Assembly (NCBI GenBank): GCA_038826135.1
Contig: JAWBON010000056.1
Span: forward strand, 2,288-7,665
Direction of reading: 5' to 3'
Source: Candidatus Odinarchaeota archaeon
GTDB taxonomy: Archaea; Asgardarchaeota; Odinarchaeia; Odinarchaeales; Odinarchaeaceae
Length of the DNA stretch: 5,378 bases
The notes below the pieces were generated by a model that had not been told where the DNA came from, did not search any database, and saw nothing but the letters and a program-made list of their open reading frames with translations. The stretch's first letter is position 1; each line of letters starts with the position of its first letter. Position numbers and translations under genes: made by a program. Positions 1 to 5,378 of this stretch are shown here, one piece after another.

Positions 1-1585
1 GATCAGCGCCACCCTCTTCGATGAGAAGTTTAGGATGTTTCCCTATTGAAAGCATCATATGCTCCGCTCTTAGTAATCCAACACCGTCAGCTAATGTCTC
101 ACGGGCGACCTGCTCAGCTTTTTCAGGTATTGAAAGATTCACATATATTTTTGTAGCTGTGATTGGTTGTTCGAAAACAGTTACAGCGCCATGGACGCCG
201 GGTTTCTCCTCCTCCACTGTTTTAACTATACCATCGTATACAAAGCCTTTACTGCCATCAACTGTCACTAGTTGACCGTTCTTTAAAACAGTTGTTGCAT
301 TACCCGCACCAACAATACAGGGCACGCCAAGCTCTCTACTAACTATCGCAGCATGACATGTATAGCCTCCTTCATCTGTAACTATGGCTGCCGATTTTTT
401 CATCGCTGGAACCCATGACGGGGTGGTCATTCTCGTAACTAATATGTCGCCTTTCTGAATTTTATCAATATTACCCGAGTCTAAAATTATATTCACTTTT
501 CCCGAACCAACGCCTGGGCTTACAGGAAGACCTTTAACAAGTAACTTATATTCTGATACGTCGGCTGCTTTCTCTTCAACAGGTTTAACCGTTTTCTCAC
601 CATGAACTGTTTCAGGCCGCGCTTGCAGAATATATATTTTATGTGTTTTTCTATCTATAGCCCATTCAATATCCATGGGGATACCGTAGTGTTCCTCTAT
701 TTTTTTAGCTATTTTAGCCAGCTCTAAAACATATTCATCGGGTATGCATAATTTTTCCTGCTCTGTTTTAGAAACGGGTACCGTTATTACTTTCCCGGTT
801 TTAACATCAATAATATCTTTTGTAGCTTTTTTACCAACCTGTCTTTCAACTATTTTCATAGTGTTTTTATCAACTATGAACGTGTCGGGTGTAACTGAAC
901 CGCTTACCACAGCTTCCCCGAGACCGTAGCTGGCGTCAATTAATATTTTAGTTCTATCGCCTGTAACAGGGTGTATAGTAAACATTACACCCTGCGCCTC
1001 CGGGTCTGGCGCCACCATCTCCTGAACTGCAACGCTTATCAAAATCTTTTCATGCTCGAACCCCTTCTCTTGACGGTAAGATATTGCGCGCGGGGTGTAA
1101 AGTGAACTCCAACATTTAGAGACAGCTTCGATTAAATGCTCTTTATCAACGTTTAGAAAAGTGTCTTGCTGACCTGCGAAGCTTGCGCCAGGAAGATCCT
1201 CGGCTGTTGCACTCGACCTTATAGATAAACGCACATTCTTCTCCGTCAGAGTCTCAAGTCGGGTGTAAGCCTCTTTTATCTCTTTCTGGATCTCTGGAAA
1301 CATGGGAGTTGACTCTATTAAAGCCCTTATCTCACGTGAAATTTTATTAAGTTTATTAAGGTCTGATAAGTCCAGTTGTTTTAAAACAGATTTTATTTTA
1401 TTTATAAGACCCGATTCTGTAATGAATTTTTTATAAGCGTAAGCTGTTACAGCGAAACCTTTCGGCGTAGGCGCTCCCGCCCTTGTGAGTTCGCCTAGAT
1501 TCGCGCATTTACCTCCCACGTAAGGTATATCTGATTTTGTCAACTCATCAAACCATAATATGAGTTTCTGTGATTTATCAGTCAT
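1..1585 (-). CDS. ppsA: Phosphoenolpyruvate synthase (pyruvate, water dikinase); 3' end truncated by the window edge
   Basis: Manual translation from ATG at 1585-1583 gives 528 uninterrupted codons to the window edge (MTDKSQKLILWFDELTKSDIPYVGGKCANLGEL...). PPS/PPDK motifs: GGKCANLGEL, PKGFAVTA, IRSSATAEDLPGASFAGQQDTFLNV, GVMFTIHPVTG, GLGEAVVSGSVTPD, PMDIEW, ILQARPETV. The phospho-His domain motif is GGYTCHAAIVSRELGVPC (His411, nt 353-355). The pyruvate-binding domain begins at DGVGLLRAE. Confidence 0.97.
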   Translation of the reverse strand, partial: MTDKSQKLILWFDELTKSDIPYVGGKCANLGELTRAGAPTPKGFAVTAYAYKKFITESGLINKIKSVLKQLDLSDLNKLNKISREIRALIESTPMFPEIQKEIKEAYTRLETLTEKNVRLSIRSSATAEDLPGASFAGQQDTFLNVDKEHLIEAVSKCWSSLYTPRAISYRQEKGFEHEKILISVAVQEMVAPDPEAQGVMFTIHPVTGDRTKILIDASYGLGEAVVSGSVTPDTFIVDKNTMKIVERQVGKKATKDIIDVKTGKVITVPVSKTEQEKLCIPDEYVLELAKIAKKIEEHYGIPMDIEWAIDRKTHKIYILQARPETVHGEKTVKPVEEKAADVSEYKLLVKGLPVSPGVGSGKVNIILDSGNIDKIQKGDILVTRMTTPSWVPAMKKSAAIVTDEGGYTCHAAIVSRELGVPCIVGAGNATTVLKNGQLVTVDGSKGFVYDGIVKTVEEEKPGVHGAVTVFEQPITATKIYVNLSIPEKAEQVARETLADGVGLLRAEHMMLSIGKHPKLLIEEGGAD

Positions 1586-1633
1586 TATAAAACCCGTCCC
1601 TTAAATTAAATACCTATTTTATTGCTGTACACC

Positions 1634-1650
1634 AATATATATTTTTTACT
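1634..1650 (-). promoter_or_regulatory. Putative BRE/TATA promoter of ppsA
   Basis: Minus strand reads AGTAAAAAA-TATATATT, a purine-rich BRE-like stretch directly followed by a TATA-like box, about 50 nt upstream of the ATG. Motif match only. Confidence 0.5.
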
Positions 1651-1813
1651 ATGCTCATATATAACTAATTAAAATTAATTTCAAAATCTTTTGAAACAAT
1701 TCCTGTGAAAGAAAATCCGTTCACCAGTCTAGTAAAGTGTAGTCTTTCATAGGATGATGGTTTTTTCATCAATAATTGTGGAAGATGAGTGTTAGCTCAC
1801 CTAGATGATGCAT

Positions 1814-2248
1814 TCAAATATTATAAGCTAGTAGCATGGCTCTGGTTGTGTTATAAATCTTGAAATATTTTAAAACAATATCGGACGGAAACTCTCCTGA
1901 GAGGCATCTGATTATTAAACTGCAGTTAACTTTTTTTGAAATGTTAAGCAGGTCCGGGATGAGCTCTATAGGTGGTCTTATACTGTAAATTAAATCAGTG
2001 TTATAATAGTATTCGATATTAGGGTTGGTTACATCGTCCACACTTATTTTTAATCCGCCTGTTTTATTAATGAATTTTTCAACCCGCTCCGAGAGATCGA
2101 TAACTAATATTTCAGTTTCAGGATATAGATTTTTTAATTTCAACGCGATATCCGGGTAAAAACCTATCCCAACTTCCACTATTTTTCTAGGCGATTTAAA
2201 ATTGTCAACTATGAATTTAATTATTTCATCCTGATCTGGTAAGGGCAA
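1814..2248 (-). CDS. UPF0146 family protein (conserved archaeal hypothetical; SAM-methyltransferase/Rossmann-like fold)
   Basis: 144 aa ORF with a TTG start 3 nt after the eno stop. Motifs KIVEVGIGFYPDIALKL, VIDL, VDDVTNPNIEYY and DLIYSIRPPIEL match the UPF0146 pattern as I recall it (EvGiG...DDi..P...Y..adliYsiRPP.El). The start codon is uncertain. Confidence 0.85.
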   Translation of the reverse strand: MPLPDQDEIIKFIVDNFKSPRKIVEVGIGFYPDIALKLKNLYPETEILVIDLSERVEKFINKTGGLKISVDDVTNPNIEYYYNTDLIYSIRPPIELIPDLLNISKKVNCSLIIRCLSGEFPSDIVLKYFKIYNTTRAMLLAYNI

Positions 2249-2251
2249 CTG

Positions 2252-3550
2252 TCAACACTCTATTAAACCTAGTTTATGCCGAGGATATATTGATTTACCT
2301 TCAAGTTTCTCCTCAATTCGGATAAGCTGATTATATTTAGCGGTTCTTTCAGATCTAGCGGGAGCTCCACTTTTTATCTGACCGCATGAAAGAGCGACTG
2401 CTAGGTCGGCTATACTGGTATCCTCCGTCTCACCCGATCTGTGGCTTACCATAACAGAGTAGTTGTTTTTAAACGCCATTAAAGCAGCGTTAATAGCTTC
2501 TGTTAAAGTCCCCACTTGATTGATTTTAAGTAGTAAACTATTAGCAGCCCCCATATCGATACCCTTAGCAAGTCTTTTAACATTAGTTATGAAAATATCA
2601 TCGCCGATGATTTGAACCTTGCTTCCTAATTCGTTTGTAAGCTCGCTGAAAGATTCGAACTGGTTTTCTTCAAAAGGGTCTTCTATTGAAAACACTTTAT
2701 ATTTTTTATAAAGCTGTTTATAGAAGTCTATCATCCGCTGAGCGGTTAGTTTCTCACCGTCTATATCGTAGTAACCATCTTTGTAAAATATGCTAGCCGC
2801 AGCGTCTATAGCTAAACAAATATCTTTTGCGAATTTATACCCGGTTTCCTCTATTGCTGAAGCAATTACTTCAAGAGGTTCATAGGTGAAACTCATAGGG
2901 GGTGCGAAACCGCCTTCATCACCGATATTTTTAGCTATCACCCCGTATTTCTTAACTAAAATATCTTTCAGAGTATGATAGACTTCAGAGCACATTCTAA
3001 TAGCCTCAGTGCATGAGTGTGCTCCTATAGGGGCTATTAGAAACTCTTGTACTGAAAGCTTATTACCAGCGTGAGACCCGCCGTTTATTATATTCATCAC
3101 AGGGACCGGCATCACATATTTATCAGAGTTGATATGTAGGTACTCGAACAGAGAGATATTCAGCGAGCAAGCGGCTGCATGAGCTGCAGCTAGTGAAACC
3201 GCTAATATAGCGTTAGCCCCCAGATTACTCTTGTTTTCAGTTCCATCTAACTCTATGAGGAGAGTGTCTATTTCTTTCTGAGCTAGTACATTAAATCCTA
3301 AAAGTTTGGTTGAGATTATTTCGTTTACGTTTCTTACAGCTTTGATCACGCCTTTACCGTGGTAGATTTTCTTATCACCGTCTCTTAGCTCTAAAGCTTC
3401 ATATTTACCTTTAGAGGCGCCCGCGGGCACCGCTGCTCTACCAAGCGAACCGGTCTCTGTTACCACGTCGACTTCGATTGTGGGATTACCTCTAGAATCT
3501 AGTATTTGTCTGGCGTGTATTTTCTTTATATGTATAGGCTTAGAATACAT
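2252..3550 (-). CDS. eno: Enolase (phosphopyruvate hydratase)
   Basis: All hallmark motifs are intact: DSRGNPT, GASKG, GGSH, QEF, GDEGGFAP, IDAAAS, IEDPF, IGDD, LLKINQVGT, VSHRSGETED, QIKSG, RSERTAKYNQLIRIEE. Start re-called to ATG 3550 (432 aa) because the ORF-track GTG at 3559 lies inside an SD-like AAAGGTG located 6 nt upstream of this ATG. Confidence 0.98.
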   Translation of the reverse strand: MYSKPIHIKKIHARQILDSRGNPTIEVDVVTETGSLGRAAVPAGASKGKYEALELRDGDKKIYHGKGVIKAVRNVNEIISTKLLGFNVLAQKEIDTLLIELDGTENKSNLGANAILAVSLAAAHAAACSLNISLFEYLHINSDKYVMPVPVMNIINGGSHAGNKLSVQEFLIAPIGAHSCTEAIRMCSEVYHTLKDILVKKYGVIAKNIGDEGGFAPPMSFTYEPLEVIASAIEETGYKFAKDICLAIDAAASIFYKDGYYDIDGEKLTAQRMIDFYKQLYKKYKVFSIEDPFEENQFESFSELTNELGSKVQIIGDDIFITNVKRLAKGIDMGAANSLLLKINQVGTLTEAINAALMAFKNNYSVMVSHRSGETEDTSIADLAVALSCGQIKSGAPARSERTAKYNQLIRIEEKLEGKSIYPRHKLGLIEC

Positions 3551-3586
3551 TTCCAACACCTTTAAACATGTATTAGAAGATTCGGG

Positions 3587-3610
3587 ATTATAAATTATAA
3601 ATATTTTTTC
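3587..3610 (-). promoter_or_regulatory. Putative BRE/TATA promoter of eno
   Basis: Minus strand reads GAAAAAATA-TTTATAAT-TTATAAT: an A-rich BRE followed by tandem TTTATAAT boxes (3601-3594 and 3594-3587), about 40-50 nt upstream of the ATG. Confidence 0.6.
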
Positions 3611-3700
3611 GATGATTTTTATGTTAGTAAATTCGTATCTATCTTAAATGTTGTGAGCATAAGATTTATTTGTTAATTTCATCATATCATAACTTCAGTC

Positions 3701-3785
3701 GGGGAGTTTGATGGTGCTGTAGGATTGATATCTATCACCGTAGGAATCTACACGATTACATGGTTGACTATGCGCGTACCCCCCC
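3701..3785. ncRNA. Candidate structured non-coding RNA (family not recognised, strand unresolved)
   Basis: 42/85 G+C (49%) against about 21% (3601-3690) and about 20% (3786-3850). Complementary ends GGGGAGT/ACCCCCC enclose three internal hairpins. No family match recognised; no tRNA T-loop or anticodon arm. Confidence 0.45.
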
Positions 3786-3790
3786 TTTTT
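3786..3790 (+). terminator. Possible archaeal oligo(T) terminator after the GC-rich element (relevant only if the element is transcribed on +)
   Basis: The pyrimidine run CCCCCCCTTTTT directly follows the closing helix. Archaeal intrinsic termination uses oligo(T) tracts. Confidence 0.3.
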
Positions 3791-3810
3791 AGAATATGTT
3801 TAATCACAGG

Positions 3811-3840
3811 GTTTTTAAATGATAGTGTTGTTTTTAAAAA
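3811..3840. promoter_or_regulatory. Putative TATA boxes for the csl4 operon and possibly for divergent transcription
   Basis: GTTTTTAAA occurs twice (3811-3819 and 3830-3838). TTTTTAAAAA (3831-3840) is a perfect palindrome. Both copies read as TTTAAA-type boxes on either strand. Confidence 0.5.
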
Positions 3841-3854
3841 GTATTAAGTTCACT

Positions 3855-3860
3855 GGAGGA
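3855..3860 (+). promoter_or_regulatory. Shine-Dalgarno site of csl4
   Basis: GGAGGA ending 8 nt before ATG 3869. Confidence 0.7.
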
Positions 3861-3868
3861 ATATTAAA

Positions 3869-4432
3869 ATGGGTGGTGAAGTGAAAACTGGGAATCTAGT
3901 ATTACCTGGAGATAAACTGGGAGTAATAGAAGAGTATGTGTTAGGCTCTGGAACATTTCAAGAAGACGGAGTTATATACTCATCTAGGATTGGAATCGTT
4001 CTCATAGATAATAAAGCTAAAAAAATATCTGTTTTTCCTAAAACAACTAAACCGCTTATACCTAAAAAAGGCGATACAGTTCTAGGGAAAGTTATAACTG
4101 TTCAAGGTAAGAAAGCTGTTGTTGCAATAGCTATGGTTGAGGATAAAGTACTTTCATCGATTTTTACAGGTCAAGTATTCATAAGACAGGTAACCGGTGA
4201 TTACTTAGACTCAATCGACGAGATGTTTAAAATAGGAGATATTATAAGAGCTAGTGTTATAGATGATAGGGAGGAGGTTTACCAGCTATCAACAGCTAAT
4301 TCAGAGCTTGGTGTGATAAAAGCTTACTGCGCTAAATGCGGTAATACGCTTAGAAGGGTGAATAAACAATTAAAATGCGATTCATGCGGCAGTGTTGAAA
4401 CAAGAAAACTAGCCAGCGATTTCGATTCTTAG
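3869..4432 (+). CDS. csl4: Exosome complex RNA-binding cap subunit Csl4
   Basis: N-terminal VLPGDKLGVIEEY...GTFQEDGVIYSSRIG domain, an S1 domain (PKKGDTVLGKV...FKIGDIIRASV) and LGVIKAYCAKCG...CDSCG.VETRKLA zinc ribbon. Sits directly upstream of rpoL, as is usual in archaea. Confidence 0.95.
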   Translation: MGGEVKTGNLVLPGDKLGVIEEYVLGSGTFQEDGVIYSSRIGIVLIDNKAKKISVFPKTTKPLIPKKGDTVLGKVITVQGKKAVVAIAMVEDKVLSSIFTGQVFIRQVTGDYLDSIDEMFKIGDIIRASVIDDREEVYQLSTANSELGVIKAYCAKCGNTLRRVNKQLKCDSCGSVETRKLASDFDS

Positions 4433-4437
4433 GAGGT
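4431..4437 (+). promoter_or_regulatory. Shine-Dalgarno site of rpoL, overlapping the csl4 stop codon
   Basis: AGGAGGT overlaps the TAG (4430-4432) and ends 6 nt before TTG 4444. Confidence 0.75.
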
Positions 4438-4443
4438 ATCTTG

Positions 4444-4725
4444 TTGAAGATTAGTTATATTAAGAAAACTAAGAAGGAGCTTGAAATAGAAGTTGACGGG
4501 GAAGGGCACACCCTGTTCAACCCGATTAGAAAAATCTTATTCGAAGATAAAAGCGTGGTTTTTGCAGGCTACCATATTGAACATCCTATGATAGGGAGAA
4601 CTAGATTTCTAATTCGAACAGACGGTACTAAGACTGCTAAAGAAGCGTTTATAGACGCTATCGACAGCTTGAAGGATAAAGTTAAAGATCTTAGAGAAGA
4701 TTTTTTAGAGATTAAAACAGATTAA
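4444..4725 (+). CDS. rpoL: DNA-directed RNA polymerase subunit L (Rpo11)
   Basis: ELEIEVDGEGHTLFNPIR...VVFAGYHIEHP...IRTDG matches the RpoL/RPB11 pattern (GE.HT..N.l...AgY.i.HP). TTG 4444 is preferred over TTG 4441 on SD spacing (93 aa). Confidence 0.96.
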   Translation: MKISYIKKTKKELEIEVDGEGHTLFNPIRKILFEDKSVVFAGYHIEHPMIGRTRFLIRTDGTKTAKEAFIDAIDSLKDKVKDLREDFLEIKTD

Positions 4726-5184
4726 GTGCTTAAAATGGGGAAAAACTCTTATAATATTCATGAATTTTTCAGCTCCTTTGAAAATATTTACAAGATAGCT
4801 AAGGATAAACGATTATCTAGGATAGGGGATAATGTAGTTAACCTAGCGTATTCATTAGCTGTTTTTATATCAACTAATAAAAGCGCTGGAAAAAAAGTTC
4901 CTGGAAAAATACTGTCATCCGCTCTCAGGGGGACTCGTTTAAGAGAGTACGCTGGGAGACGACGGGACGCCCATGGTTTAGCGGATGTTGTTGAAGCCTT
5001 AGTTGGCTACTGCTGGCTTAAAAAGACGATAACAATAGATAGCATGGTTGAGATATTGGTTGAAAATATGGGGGAGGGCTTGCAGACCGGTGGTGGTGTT
5101 GAAGTTACTGTTAAAGCGTTTAAAAAATTATTGGAAAAAATAGATATAATTTTAACGAGAGAATTTAATAACAGGACCGTTTAA
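4726..5184 (+). CDS. Archaeal ribonuclease III-domain protein (Mini-III-like, no dsRNA-binding domain)
   Basis: DKRLSRIGDNVVNLAYSLA resembles the RNase III signature helix (xLxxxGD), and GLADVVEALVGYCWL resembles the second catalytic helix (ADxxEAlxG). There is no C-terminal dsRBD. The start may instead be ATG 4735. Confidence 0.8.
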   Translation: MLKMGKNSYNIHEFFSSFENIYKIAKDKRLSRIGDNVVNLAYSLAVFISTNKSAGKKVPGKILSSALRGTRLREYAGRRRDAHGLADVVEALVGYCWLKKTITIDSMVEILVENMGEGLQTGGGVEVTVKAFKKLLEKIDIILTREFNNRTV

Positions 5185-5187
5185 AAA

Positions 5188-5378
5188 ATGGTGAAAGAAC
5201 ACATTAGAGCTTTAGGAATAGACGACTGCCCGTTCCAGCTTAGAGCGGATACACATACAAGACTGGTGGGTGTTATTTGCAGGGGTAATTCGATTTTAGA
5301 AGATGTTTTATCAACAACTATAGAAGTTGACGGTTTAGATTCAACAGATAAAATCATAGAGATGATTAAATATTCAAA
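5188..5378 (+). CDS. DUF99 family protein (endonuclease V-like fold); 3' end truncated by the window edge
   Basis: Manual translation from ATG 5188: MVKEHIRALGIDDCPFQLRADTHTRLVGVICRGNSILEDVLSTTIEVDGLDSTDKIIEMIKYS. The R.LGIDD.PF, VGV..RG and I.VDG.D.T.KI motifs match DUF99 as I recall it. Absent from the ORF track because there is no stop in the window. Confidence 0.85.
   Translation, partial: MVKEHIRALGIDDCPFQLRADTHTRLVGVICRGNSILEDVLSTTIEVDGLDSTDKIIEMIKYS

Noticed and set aside
21-275. 84 aa plus-strand ORF from the ORF track
   Set aside because: Lies entirely antisense to ppsA and has no recognisable motifs; shadow ORF.
350-367. Possible intein or inactivation at the PPS phospho-His motif (GGYTCH)
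   Set aside because: The frame is continuous with normal domain spacing, so there is no intein in the visible part. Thr and His are intact. Tyr in place of the more usual Arg/Met/Leu falls at a variable position.
744-929. 61 aa plus-strand ORF from the ORF track
   Set aside because: Antisense shadow of ppsA; its hydrophobicity reflects the complement of Lys/Glu-rich codons.
982-1020. Divergent PPS segment EMVAPDPEAQGVMFT (Gln before GVMF)
   Set aside because: This loop varies among PPS/PPDK enzymes and the main ATP-grasp residues (GGK, RSS, DIEW, QAR) are all present.
1343-1360. Tandem 9-nt repeat TTTATTAAG x2
   Set aside because: Only two copies, in frame within ppsA (LNKLNK); ordinary coding repetition.
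3726-3745. TrmB-type TGM operator (TATCAC-N5-GTGATA) upstream of a glycolytic gene
   Set aside because: Only the TATCAC half (3733-3738) is present, and it is about 140 nt from the eno TATA box.
3708-3767. Canonical C/D sRNA on the plus strand (UUGAUGG ... UUGA, 60 nt)
   Set aside because: All boxes are degenerate and no C' box sits at a spacing that leaves a 10-12 nt guide before box D.
3701-3785. tRNA, tRNA-Sec, SECIS or fluoride (crcB) riboswitch interpretation of the GC island
   Set aside because: No T-loop (GTTCRA) or 7-nt anticodon loop on either strand; no SECIS GAA/A loop pattern or Sec-type gene nearby. Although crcB riboswitches can precede enolase genes, the crcB consensus and pseudoknot are not present on the minus strand.
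3677-3847. Stop-free plus-strand frame (56 codons) with a hydrophobic stretch GAVGLISITVGIYTITWLTM
   Set aside because: No ATG/GTG/TTG or SD at its 5' end (first TTG at 3725, ATG at 3770), and it runs through the promoter boxes. A small membrane peptide cannot be fully excluded without ribosome profiling.
4495-4530. RpoL motif GEGHTLFNP differing from the EDHTLGN consensus
   Set aside because: This position varies among archaeal RpoL proteins; the HT..N core is intact.
1-5378. CRISPR arrays, insertion sequences, integrases, frameshifted genes
   Set aside because: No spaced repeats, terminal inverted repeats or transposase/integrase motifs were seen, and all genes read through without internal stops.

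Overview
Archaeal chromosomal housekeeping region in an AT-rich genome. It carries exosome Csl4, RNA polymerase Rpo11/RpoL, archaeal BRE/TATA-like promoters and Shine-Dalgarno-led genes; the lineage cannot be fixed from this window. Minus strand: enolase (eno), a UPF0146-family gene, and PEP synthase (ppsA). ppsA runs off the left edge and is missing from the ORF track; I translated it by hand as 528 open codons. Plus strand: a tightly packed operon of csl4, rpoL, a stand-alone RNase III (Mini-III-like) domain protein and a DUF99 (endonuclease V-like) gene that runs off the right edge. No mobile element, CRISPR array, tRNA or intein is visible. The main unexplained signal is in the divergent eno/csl4 intergenic region. 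It is an 85-nt island of about 49% GC (flanks about 20% GC) that folds by eye into a four-way junction, with a candidate TATA box on each side and a T5 tract at its right end. On the minus strand it also has a possible rRNA-antisense stretch next to box D/box C-like motifs. This is a candidate unannotated non-coding RNA, not a proven one.
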